A DNA stretch of 64,000 nt from a virus (taxonomy: Duplodnaviria > Caudoviricetes). The stretch spans positions 72,628 through 136,627 of IMG/VR virus record IMGVR_UViG_3300028048_000068. The stretch is one strand, 5' to 3'. Shown here piece by piece: positions 9,961 through 18,786 of this stretch. Position 1 is the stretch's first letter; each line of letters opens with the position of its first letter. A model generated the notes under the pieces. It ran no database searches. It was not told where the DNA came from and was given only the letters and a program-made list of their open reading frames with translations. The position numbers and the translations under genes were made by a program.

Positions 9961-11727
9961 TTAAAACCCCAATGTTCCATCTTCAATTTGATAATTACTT
10001 ATAAAAATTTGTGGAGTATAATTCCCCATCCACTCATTTAAATTTGCTCTACCAACGACTTCTAATTTTACATCGCCATCATACTTTTCCAATTCTTCAA
10101 TAAATTCTTTCGCATGAAACTTCATATAAGCAATCCCAAACTTGGTAATTTTAACTGTATCTTGGTTCTTGCCCATAATCTGTATATCACGCTTTGTTAT
10201 ATTAATGTCTTTAATATGAATTAAAGGCTCATTATTTTGCTGACCCCAAATATCTTCATGGCTTGCGATATCTACAATTAAATCTTCAATATCTGTATCT
10301 GCAGCGATTCTTTCGAAGTTCACTTCATACCATGACTCACCAAAATCTACATTTTCAAGTTCTTTATTTGCATATTCATGGAAAGCCGCTAAATTCTTAT
10401 CTAAAATACCTATGCCGCACGCATTATCATGGCCCGCAGTAAAGGTGAAATAACCACTATTATCCATGAAGTTCTTAAAAGATGTAAGTTCCGATTCATT
10501 TAAACCCCTGCTTGACCCTTTAATTTCGCCCTCATCATTAAGACGTGCCACTATGGTTGGCTTCTTATACTTCGCGCTCAACTTCATAGCAACAAGTCCA
10601 TTTAACTCCGGTGGAAATTGGTCATCTTCTTCCAACCTAACAAATAATACTTTATTCGAAAGTAAATCGTGTTTTGCAATTTTAATTTCAAGTTCTTCAA
10701 CTGCCTTATCGAGTATGCGATTCTGCTTCGCACGCGCATTTGTACACTCGCGCGCAGATTCAATTGCGACTTCTTCGTAGGTTCCCTTTGCACCACGCTT
10801 ATGAGATTCTACCATTGCATGACCGTCGATAAAGGCTTGAAAACAGCGTTGTTTTTCGTCTTCTGCGCCAGCTCTAATCATCGCATTGATAAGTGGAGTT
10901 ATATAGAAGGCTACGCTAATTGGATTGACTTTGCCGCCCATTGAGAAGGATTGTTTTTCGCATAATGCTTTAAAGAAATAATTTTTGATATTAGCAAGTC
11001 CTGTGTGTACGATATATCTATTCTCAAGCGATAACATCGACATCATATCACTTATCAAACCAAGTGCAGCCAGGTCGATAAATTCATCTGCATAAGAAGT
11101 GCCTTCACACCTATCTACATATCTACAAAACTGCCATGTTACACCCGCGCCGCATAAATCTTTATTTTTATAGTCATCAGACAACTGATTATTAACGATA
11201 ACAGCATGCGATGAGAATTTAGTATCTGGCTCTACTATATGGTGGTCTAGAATAAGAAATTGCGGTATTATTTCATCCTTCTCTCTTGAAGATACTATTT
11301 TTTCCATATATTCATAATCATTACTTCCTGCATCTGGAAGCACTACGTAAGAAGGATAAGTATTAGCTACTTCTTCATATGTATCTGAAAGACCATGACC
11401 TTTTGCATTATGAAGAATTGGTACTATATTTACTTCTTGATTGAATTTACGTAGATATTGTATGAATATGGCGGCCGAGGTAAATCCATCTACATCACTA
11501 TCTACGACGACTGTAATTGTTTCGTCTTTTGAAGCAACTGTCATATTTTTAAACATTGCCCATGCGCGGTCTATATTAGTGAGCCATTTTGGATTTTGCA
11601 GATAGTCATCGTTTGGTACTTCAAGGAAGTATTTAATTTCGTCTTCGCTTAACCCGCGCTCTTTAAGTAACTCAATTGTATAGTTGTTTCTTATGTCTTT
11701 ATTTACAAGTTTAGTCTTCATTCGCAT
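9961..11727 (-). CDS. recJ: RecJ-like ssDNA exonuclease (DHH/DHHA1)
   Basis: DSDVDG, LDHH, DLCGAGV, DLAALGLISDMM, GSSRG, AGHDNACG. Confidence 0.92.
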   Translation of the reverse strand: MRMKTKLVNKDIRNNYTIELLKERGLSEDEIKYFLEVPNDDYLQNPKWLTNIDRAWAMFKNMTVASKDETITVVVDSDVDGFTSAAIFIQYLRKFNQEVNIVPILHNAKGHGLSDTYEEVANTYPSYVVLPDAGSNDYEYMEKIVSSREKDEIIPQFLILDHHIVEPDTKFSSHAVIVNNQLSDDYKNKDLCGAGVTWQFCRYVDRCEGTSYADEFIDLAALGLISDMMSMLSLENRYIVHTGLANIKNYFFKALCEKQSFSMGGKVNPISVAFYITPLINAMIRAGAEDEKQRCFQAFIDGHAMVESHKRGAKGTYEEVAIESARECTNARAKQNRILDKAVEELEIKIAKHDLLSNKVLFVRLEEDDQFPPELNGLVAMKLSAKYKKPTIVARLNDEGEIKGSSRGLNESELTSFKNFMDNSGYFTFTAGHDNACGIGILDKNLAAFHEYANKELENVDFGESWYEVNFERIAADTDIEDLIVDIASHEDIWGQQNNEPLIHIKDINITKRDIQIMGKNQDTVKITKFGIAYMKFHAKEFIEELEKYDGDVKLEVVGRANLNEWMGNYTPQIFISNYQIEDGTLGF

Positions 11728-11923
11728 CTCCTACGTATTGTTTACATTTATTCATCAATAATCCAGACCACACTAGTCCTTGTATGAAACCTTGTTTAAA
11801 TTCTGGATTAGTATATGACATACTAGCTAAAATTTCTTCATATTTTTTTGACCCAATAAAGTCTAAAATGTAAGAAGCATATTCTGTTGTTTTAATATAA
11901 TTGCACATCTTCATTAAAACCAA
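11711..11923 (-). CDS. Hypothetical protein
   Basis: ORF coupled to its neighbours. Confidence 0.55.
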   Translation of the reverse strand: MVLMKMCNYIKTTEYASYILDFIGSKKYEEILASMSYTNPEFKQGFIQGLVWSGLLMNKCKQYVGDANED

Positions 11924-12120
11924 ATCTCCTTATTCATATCGTGTTCTTCCTCATCTGCATTATTAATTATATCTATTAGTACAGATAAATGTTTAAGAAT
12001 AGTTCCTGCTGAACATGCACTTGAAGAATCATCAATAGATTTTATCATATGTCCTAAATTATATTGGATAAGACTAACTATATTTATTAATTGTTCTCTT
12101 TCTTTATTTGTTATCTTCAT
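11914..12120 (-). CDS. Hypothetical protein
   Basis: 68-aa ORF with GAGG RBS. Confidence 0.6.
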   Translation of the reverse strand: MKITNKEREQLINIVSLIQYNLGHMIKSIDDSSSACSAGTILKHLSVLIDIINNADEEEHDMNKEIWF

Positions 12121-12135
12121 TTTATTACCTCATAT

Positions 12136-12441
12136 TTAAATTATTCCTATTTTACGTGCATGTCTTACGTCAAATTTTAAATGATTTTTTGTTTGTATAA
12201 TGTAATCGGCATTGTCTATTAAATAAGCCACTATTTTAAAATTATTATTTAATAATACATCGCATCCAATACGCGTATGGAAATAATTTAACAAATCATT
12301 AATAGAACCACAGCAACTTAATAAATAACTTTCTTTATAACATTCTTCTATTGTTTTTGTGCTAAGAATGGATGATTTTCCATCTCTTGTAAACCATGGA
12401 CCATTTCCTTGTTCATCTTCAAATCTATATACTTCTATCAT
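12136..12441 (-). CDS. Hypothetical phage protein (VYRxED..GxGP N-terminus)
   Basis: 101-aa ORF overlapping the primase stop (ATGA). Confidence 0.65.
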   Translation of the reverse strand: MIEVYRFEDEQGNGPWFTRDGKSSILSTKTIEECYKESYLLSCCGSINDLLNYFHTRIGCDVLLNNNFKIVAYLIDNADYIIQTKNHLKFDVRHARKIGII

Positions 12442-13490
12442 TTTACTCTTACTCTCCTTCTATAAAGCTTCCAAAAGATTTCACTTCCTTTATCCGTCGG
12501 TGAATCTTTCATATCTAACAAGTTTTCTCTATCGTATATAAATGAAAAGTCACAATAGTTCTGATATTTCTTTCCTATTTGCCACAGCTTATTAAAATAG
12601 TCTTCACTACCAAGCAACTCCTCTTTATCAAAACAAATTACGACTTCGCGCGGGTGTGCGGTTTGCATCAACAGTTTTAAAGCGTGTTTATTAAACTGAC
12701 TTCCGCATACTGCGGTCGAGCAGTTCGCAAAATCCCACCCCTCCATTTGGAGTACAGATTTTTCTGCCTCTACCAAGAAACACGTACCCGTTCGCTTTAT
12801 GTTGTCTTTAGTCCAGTTCAATCCATACAGATTCAACGACAATGGATGACTATACCATTTACCTTCAATTTGTACAGGCATATACTTACCCACATTCTCA
12901 ATTTCCCATTCGTTGAGTGCGCGCCCTCGTATTCCAACAAGTTCACCTTTTGGATTATAATGTGGTATTATAATCTTATTTTGTGGTACTGAATAACGTA
13001 TATTAAATTTTTCCATACTCGTTTTAGTAATACCATCGTTTAACCACTCCGGAGGATAAAACTTTGTAAATACATCAATTATTCCATTCGGATATGTCGG
13101 AAGCTCTATACGCTCGGGCGCAGCGTACGTATCTCGTATACGCTGATACCTCTTCGGCGCAAAGCCGTCTGGCCTACGATAATTACTACAATCAAGAATT
13201 ACCTTATATATATCTTGATACCAATCGTAATCATATCCTCTACACTCATAATAATGTTTAAGAAATTTAAAGATTGACATATTACCACACTCTGTATAGC
13301 ATACAAAGAGGTGATTATTTTCATAATAATATAATTTCATAGATGCTTCATCGGCATCTTCATTATGACAAATAGTTGGAAAGATTACATATCCTGGTTT
13401 TTCAATATAATTATCTGCACCAAGTGTTTCCATTAATTGAATTACTTTTTGTGTATCTAATTGCTCAACTATACCTTTATAATCAATCAA
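12438..13490 (-). CDS. DNA primase (Zn finger plus TOPRIM)
   Basis: TICHN...CYTEC Zn finger, IIIPHY...GIRGR, VEAEKS, CFDKE; adjacent to the helicase. Confidence 0.85.
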   Translation of the reverse strand: MIDYKGIVEQLDTQKVIQLMETLGADNYIEKPGYVIFPTICHNEDADEASMKLYYYENNHLFVCYTECGNMSIFKFLKHYYECRGYDYDWYQDIYKVILDCSNYRRPDGFAPKRYQRIRDTYAAPERIELPTYPNGIIDVFTKFYPPEWLNDGITKTSMEKFNIRYSVPQNKIIIPHYNPKGELVGIRGRALNEWEIENVGKYMPVQIEGKWYSHPLSLNLYGLNWTKDNIKRTGTCFLVEAEKSVLQMEGWDFANCSTAVCGSQFNKHALKLLMQTAHPREVVICFDKEELLGSEDYFNKLWQIGKKYQNYCDFSFIYDRENLLDMKDSPTDKGSEIFWKLYRRRVRVK

Positions 13491-15054
13491 TTACTTCACC
13501 TTGATTTAACCTTTCTACTATTACCTTAAAATGTTCATCTTCAGAATCTTCCCAACTTTTAATATTATAATCAGTTCTTGTATAGAAGTCTTCAACTGGG
13601 TCCATTCGTGAATCTGTAATAAATAAATCTCTTTTCTTTAAAGTTCCCAAATTCATATCAGACCAAATTCTTACCTGCGTCCATTCACCACTTCTGACTT
13701 TAAAAATATCAGTTACTAAGTTCGGTTTATTCTCTGGATGATTTTCATACAGCGGCGCGAGAACCTCTAATTCTTCCTTTGTTGGTCTTGCCATAATCGC
13801 ACCATTATCAGCTTTATTAATTGTACTGCGGCCGCCCGCTAATGAACCTTCATTTCTTATATCTTTATTGTCATCACCTTTTGCATTAAGCTGGGTTGAC
13901 GTAAACATAGCCACATCCAACTCAACAGCTAAATCTTTTAGCGCCGTTGCAAACATCAACAATACCTCATCGTTTCTTAACGCAAAACCTTTAAATTCAT
14001 TTAACAATGATGGTCCAATAAATATATAGTCATAAAATACATAACCTATATCATATACAATACAATTTTCTCTCACAATTGTTTTAACTGACTCAATTGT
14101 TGGATTCGGCATTTTAACAAGAATTAAATTATTATATTTTTCCATCAGTGCAATTGCTTGTGTTATTACTCCACGCTCTCTATCAGAAAAATCTGCATAT
14201 TTAAATCTTGTTGCATTTATATCTGTTAAGTAAGCCAAAATCATTGTTCTGACTTCTTTAAATCTTTGCTCTGTTACAATAAATAAAACCTTTTCACAAT
14301 TTCCAACCTGTTCCCATTCACAAGTCGTACTATTATATCTAATCGGATAAGCCAAATAACACGCATCAGCTACCGCATTTCTTGTCTTACCTACACCAGA
14401 TGCGGCCGACCTAATTGTTAAAGTTCCTTTCTTTGCTCCATCAATAACTTGGTTAAAAATTTCTCCCTGTATCGGCATACCAATTTCATACGCCGCGCCA
14501 AGTTCATCGACTAATGTGTTCATTCCTTGAGCTGCAGATTCAACTTCTATTTCATCAGTTGTTTCATATTTGGCTTCAACACCTAATAATTTTTTTCTAA
14601 CTGCATCAGTTATCAGTTTCGGACTTAACATATTAAAAGCCTGGTTAATTTCTTCGGCTTTTGGATTTAATAAATCTTCGCAATAAAATTCGCTTGTATC
14701 AAAACCCTGCTTTTTTAAGTCCTTAAGTAAATTAAACATCTTAAAACGATTATAATAGAAGTCAAAATTATCAACTTCTGATAACTCTATTATATCTTGC
14801 AGATATTCAATTCCATTTTTGTCTTTAAATAATTTTGCCGATACTTGGTCTGGTTCTATAAAATTTTCTATATCTATAGGTTGTATTTTTGTTGCTCCGT
14901 TTCTATACAACCCATTAATTGCCATAAAAATTGACCGCTCGAATCTTGAAGGAAAATCAGTTAGAATGAATGAATATTTATCTATTTCACTCAATAACTG
15001 CGGTTTCTTCATCAAACAGCCGAGTATCTGTTGAGTATCTCGTTTATCTATCAT
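13483..15054 (-). CDS. dnaB: DnaB-like replicative helicase
   Basis: Walker A AASGVGKT, FYDYI, STQLN, KVRSG. Confidence 0.88.
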   Translation of the reverse strand: MIDKRDTQQILGCLMKKPQLLSEIDKYSFILTDFPSRFERSIFMAINGLYRNGATKIQPIDIENFIEPDQVSAKLFKDKNGIEYLQDIIELSEVDNFDFYYNRFKMFNLLKDLKKQGFDTSEFYCEDLLNPKAEEINQAFNMLSPKLITDAVRKKLLGVEAKYETTDEIEVESAAQGMNTLVDELGAAYEIGMPIQGEIFNQVIDGAKKGTLTIRSAASGVGKTRNAVADACYLAYPIRYNSTTCEWEQVGNCEKVLFIVTEQRFKEVRTMILAYLTDINATRFKYADFSDRERGVITQAIALMEKYNNLILVKMPNPTIESVKTIVRENCIVYDIGYVFYDYIFIGPSLLNEFKGFALRNDEVLLMFATALKDLAVELDVAMFTSTQLNAKGDDNKDIRNEGSLAGGRSTINKADNGAIMARPTKEELEVLAPLYENHPENKPNLVTDIFKVRSGEWTQVRIWSDMNLGTLKKRDLFITDSRMDPVEDFYTRTDYNIKSWEDSEDEHFKVIVERLNQGEVID

Positions 15055-15227
15055 TTTCTAACTTTACCCTCTTTATAAAATTCTATATTAAACCACAGCC
15101 ACATAAATTGACATGAATATGTAATACCACCATTTTTGAGTTGACTAATTTCAATGGTCGGAAGAAGATAAATAGATTTATAATAGGTTTTCCAACTAAT
15201 ACCACGTCTTCTATTACGAAAAATCAT
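15051..15227 (-). CDS. Hypothetical 58-aa protein
   Basis: Likely ATG at 15227, just after the upstream stop; overlaps the dnaB start. Confidence 0.5.
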   Translation of the reverse strand: MIFRNRRRGISWKTYYKSIYLLPTIEISQLKNGGITYSCQFMWLWFNIEFYKEGKVRK

Positions 15228-15228
15228 A

Positions 15229-15744
15229 TTATTCCTCGTCCTCCAAATCATCCAACACACTAAAATCAACCTGATGTTTCGTTTTAGGTTTTTTAGTTAC
15301 ACTAACTTTAGTTCTTTCTGCAGCTGCGCGCATCTGACGTTCAATCTCTGCGATTGTTCCAGCAGACTGACGTTCTCGCGCGGCCCAGTACGCACAAGCA
15401 TCACTGTATATAAAAGGAACTATACCAATTCCGCCATGTCCTTTTTCCCAATCACCGTGCTTTATCTCATAAAAATATTTCAATGCAAATAAGATGCCCT
15501 TATTGGTCATCTTCTCTTTTAAAAACTTTTTACGCTGTGCTTCACACACCCAATAATCATACGCAGCTTTGAGGTCGCGCGCGATAAAGTCATAAATTAA
15601 ATCTACATAATCTTCATCATTGTCGGGTTGTGCTTTCTTCCAATTCTTATAACACTGCCTATGGTAATAGTAATTACGCGACGGCATAATCCAATCATCT
15701 TTTTCTTTGTCTATTTCAATATTACAAATCCTACATTTTGCCAT
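15229..15744 (-). CDS. Zn-finger protein upstream of the helicase (possible loader or adaptor)
   Basis: CRIC...HRQC and an acidic tail; first gene of the helicase-primase-recJ operon. The function is inferred from position. Confidence 0.7.
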   Translation of the reverse strand: MAKCRICNIEIDKEKDDWIMPSRNYYYHRQCYKNWKKAQPDNDEDYVDLIYDFIARDLKAAYDYWVCEAQRKKFLKEKMTNKGILFALKYFYEIKHGDWEKGHGGIGIVPFIYSDACAYWAARERQSAGTIAEIERQMRAAAERTKVSVTKKPKTKHQVDFSVLDDLEDEE

Positions 15745-15770
15745 ATCAAAACTCCTTTCTTCTTTATTAT

Positions 15771-15799
15771 ATTATAACACAAAAATGAAAATAAGTCAA
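15771..15799 (-). promoter_or_regulatory. SigmaA promoter
   Basis: TTGACT-N17-TATAAT with TG extension. Confidence 0.8.
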
Positions 15800-15803
15800 A
15801 TTT

Positions 15804-15830
15804 AAAAAGAGTAGGCTTAACCTACTCTTT
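15804..15830 (-). terminator. Intrinsic terminator
   Basis: AAAGAGTAGG/CCTACTCTTT stem with a U tract on the minus strand. Confidence 0.8.
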
Positions 15831-15835
15831 CTAAT

Positions 15836-16804
15836 TTATTTAACCATATCTCTCATTTCAAGTAATACTAAGAAGAAAGGCTCTTTTTGGTCTTCGGTTA
15901 TCTCTGATAACTTAAGTTTTCTACCAAAAATCATTTCAACTTTCTTTAAAACACGCTCTGCATTAGCCGGATCGGCGTTAACTAATTTTGCCCAAATCTG
16001 TTGGGCCTCATCACGTATCTCAGTGAAGCTAAGTTCTTCTTCTACTTTCTTTTCGAGCTTGTCTACTACTGTCGCGCCATCAAGGTCTCTCTGTTTATCA
16101 ATAGCCTCATTAATTGCTTCAACAAGTTCATCATAACCAAGCTTAATCTTTGGCGCAAGATACGGGAATCGACTGCCCGCCATAACGGTTGGAGTCTGTC
16201 TAGTATACAGCCACCTATGGCTATTACCATCTTCATCCCATTCAGTAGCAATATAACCAATAATATCTACTATTTGATTTACTACTTCATAGCAACGCTT
16301 TGGCATCGACGGAGCAAGAATTTCAATCTCACTATCATCAGCAGTCTTTTCTTTTCTTGTCTCAATATGAGAGATAAGAACTAGACCATAGCCAAGCATT
16401 GTTATTTTTCTTAAACAAGTTTCAAACTCTTTTTTAGCCAGAGTCCAACCCTGACCCCAAGGAATATCACGAATTGACTGAACTCCATTCTGGCTGCATA
16501 CAAACTGTTCACACATTTCATACGCAATAGTAGTTGTATCAATTGTAATCGTATCATACATAGCCTGAGCTTCTGGTTTCTCTAATTGCCTTAAAACCTG
16601 ACGAAATTCTGACCACTTATTAATATCAACGGCCTTAATTCCATCAATGGCATTATAGCCTTTCTCAAAAGCAATTAAAAGATTTTTAGGAAACCGGGAA
16701 GCCATAGTAGTCTTCCCGGTTTTAGGCTTACCATATAAAAGTAAATACTTACCTTTTAAATCTCTAGAAATAACCGTAGGCTCAATGGATAAAATATCAA
16801 TCAT
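15836..16804 (-). CDS. AAA_24/Sak4-like P-loop NTPase (recombination or replication)
   Basis: YGKPKTGKTT, ITIDT, LISH, AGSR; next to the SSB. Confidence 0.85.
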   Translation of the reverse strand: MIDILSIEPTVISRDLKGKYLLLYGKPKTGKTTMASRFPKNLLIAFEKGYNAIDGIKAVDINKWSEFRQVLRQLEKPEAQAMYDTITIDTTTIAYEMCEQFVCSQNGVQSIRDIPWGQGWTLAKKEFETCLRKITMLGYGLVLISHIETRKEKTADDSEIEILAPSMPKRCYEVVNQIVDIIGYIATEWDEDGNSHRWLYTRQTPTVMAGSRFPYLAPKIKLGYDELVEAINEAIDKQRDLDGATVVDKLEKKVEEELSFTEIRDEAQQIWAKLVNADPANAERVLKKVEMIFGRKLKLSEITEDQKEPFFLVLLEMRDMVK

Positions 16805-16819
16805 TGAAGCCCACCTCCA

Positions 16820-17737
16820 TTAAAATCCAAGGTCAGCGAATCCATTCTTTGGAGACTGCTGCGGTGCCTGTCTTGTAGCAGCTCTGGACATATCTCTGTC
16901 CTTCTGCTTCTCAAGTCTAATCTTTCTTTCTGCAAGAGCGTTCTGAATCTCTGCATTATCGAAAGCATAATCACCCTCAAGTGGCTCCTGCGAACCGCCA
17001 GTGATGATAAGGTCACTTCTATTAATGGTTCTTGTCTTCTCAATTGGCTCACCAAAGTCAACTTCCTCGATAATTGTCTCAGTTGTTGCAGAGAAATCAA
17101 GTCTACCGTTTGCCTTAACAGTATTACCAACTTCCCAATAAGTAGATACTGCGCTGATTACGCCCTCACTCTGTGCGAACATAGGAACGACATCGACCTT
17201 TCCACCATACTGTGGAATAATTGCGTCAATTCTATATCTACCTGTAGCCTCTCCATTTCTATCAATCTCTTCACTCTTGTTAGCAACTACAAACTCTGCT
17301 GTATAAGTTGCCTCTGGCTTGCACTCAGCCTTGGAAATACGATTGACAAACGAAGCATTAATTCTTGGGAAGGAAATAAGTCTACCGTCTGCACTATAAT
17401 ACTCGTTCATACGAATACTTGCATTAGTAATACGAACTCTATCTGCGCCATCTTCACCATTGTCAGATGCTGCGATACTTACATACTCGTCAGCAATTTT
17501 CTTAATTGACTCATATGCTGGGTTCGGTGTACCCTTATTTGTCAGCTTCGAAGCAAACATGTGAACCGGAATAGCCAGTTCCTTTTCTTCTCCACTAATC
17601 TTCTGAGTAACCTTAACTGTAATCGAACCGCCAATAGATTCTACTGTCTGTCCATTCTTATTAAATGAACCTGGCTTAATATCAATTTCAGCGAGAATTC
17701 CTTCTATCTTTGCCCTGTTTTCTGCTTGTCTTAACAT
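16820..17737 (-). CDS. Single-stranded DNA-binding protein (tandem OB-like)
   Basis: Position beside the Sak4-like gene, beta-rich sequence, flexible tail ending FADLGF. Confidence 0.65.
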   Translation of the reverse strand: MLRQAENRAKIEGILAEIDIKPGSFNKNGQTVESIGGSITVKVTQKISGEEKELAIPVHMFASKLTNKGTPNPAYESIKKIADEYVSIAASDNGEDGADRVRITNASIRMNEYYSADGRLISFPRINASFVNRISKAECKPEATYTAEFVVANKSEEIDRNGEATGRYRIDAIIPQYGGKVDVVPMFAQSEGVISAVSTYWEVGNTVKANGRLDFSATTETIIEEVDFGEPIEKTRTINRSDLIITGGSQEPLEGDYAFDNAEIQNALAERKIRLEKQKDRDMSRAATRQAPQQSPKNGFADLGF

Positions 17738-18360
17738 TTATAATCTCCTAATTTCATATAAGTATAATCTTTATTTAAGTTCTGTTTATTATTACATATC
17801 CTCGAAATTGAGGCAACCGAACAATTTTCATGTTCTGCTGCCTCGGTCATAGAAGAAAATTCTTGTAAAATATGATTAGTTTTTATATCAATTTTTACAA
17901 CTGCTTTCTTGCTATTACCATATTTACCTTTTTGTCTTTGTTGTGGCGTAAGGTCAAAATTTTTTAAGGCTCTTGTAATAGTATGTTTTTCACATCCTAA
18001 TTTTTGAGCTATCTCTTTTTGATTCATACCGGACAAAAATAATGAATAAATAATGTCATAATCATATTTTAAATTACCCTCTCCACCTTGGGTTTCATTA
18101 TATCCATTATAATATGAATTATAATATTTAATCCAATATATTTCTCTTTCAGACACTTCCTCAAGTGAACAGGTTTCAATTTCAGTAATTTTAAAATGAT
18201 TAATACCATATTTACGCATTGCTCGATGAATGGCATAATTACTATGTTGTGTAAAAGCTTCTGATATATGTTTATTATATCTATCGCTAATAGTGGATAC
18301 TGTTTTACCAACATATACATTATTATTTATATCATTAGAAATAAGATAAATGTATGCCAT
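17731..18360 (-). CDS. Free-standing GIY-YIG homing endonuclease
   Basis: YIYLISN...YVGKT...RYNKH, EREIYWI, GYNETQGG, HTH and NUMOD1. Confidence 0.88.
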   Translation of the reverse strand: MAYIYLISNDINNNVYVGKTVSTISDRYNKHISEAFTQHSNYAIHRAMRKYGINHFKITEIETCSLEEVSEREIYWIKYYNSYYNGYNETQGGEGNLKYDYDIIYSLFLSGMNQKEIAQKLGCEKHTITRALKNFDLTPQQRQKGKYGNSKKAVVKIDIKTNHILQEFSSMTEAAEHENCSVASISRICNNKQNLNKDYTYMKLGDYKC

Positions 18361-18385
18361 ATGCCACCTCTTAAGAAATAATAAT

Positions 18386-18406
18386 GGAGGGTTTATTCAA
18401 CCCTCC
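18386..18406 (-). terminator. Stem-loop after the wHTH gene (weak terminator or processing site)
   Basis: GGAGGGTT/AACCCTCC; poor U tract. Confidence 0.45.
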
Positions 18407-18413
18407 TATTTAA

Positions 18414-18665
18414 TTACTCCTCGTCTTCGCTTGGAACAAATACCTTGCCCTCATCTGTCAGTGCTACATAAGTAATCGGCTTATCAGCGCCCTCAACCTC
18501 AACCTTCTCTCTCATAGCGAGGCCCTTCTTTGTGAGGTCTGTTACGTTAGCTCCTACCGAACGCTCTGTTCTATCAAGAGCATTTGCCAGCTCAGGAATC
18601 GAAACCTTTCCACCATTGTTCTTTACATACTCGAATACTTCATTTGACTTTTCTGTAAGCTTCAT
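18414..18665 (-). CDS. Small winged-helix DNA-binding protein
   Basis: VSIPELANALDRTERSVGANVTDLTKKGL...LTDEGK (MarR-like wHTH). Confidence 0.8.
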   Translation of the reverse strand: MKLTEKSNEVFEYVKNNGGKVSIPELANALDRTERSVGANVTDLTKKGLAMREKVEVEGADKPITYVALTDEGKVFVPSEDEE

Positions 18666-18741
18666 AATTTTAAAATCTCCTTGTTTAAATAAATTAATAA
18701 ATGTGTTTTTCTCTGAAAGTTTCTCTCAACTTTCTATAAAT

Positions 18742-18770
18742 ATTATACTAAATTTTTGAATTAAACTCAA
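18742..18770 (-). promoter_or_regulatory. SigmaA promoter
   Basis: TTGAGT-N17-TATAAT. Confidence 0.7.
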
Positions 18771-18786
18771 ATTTTGATTTCTCTAC

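Noticed and set aside
12136-12441. Possible ADP-ribosyltransferase fold (YR...S motif)
   Set aside because: Only an N-terminal YR and a Ser are suggestive; no convincing catalytic Glu, so not supportable without a structure search.
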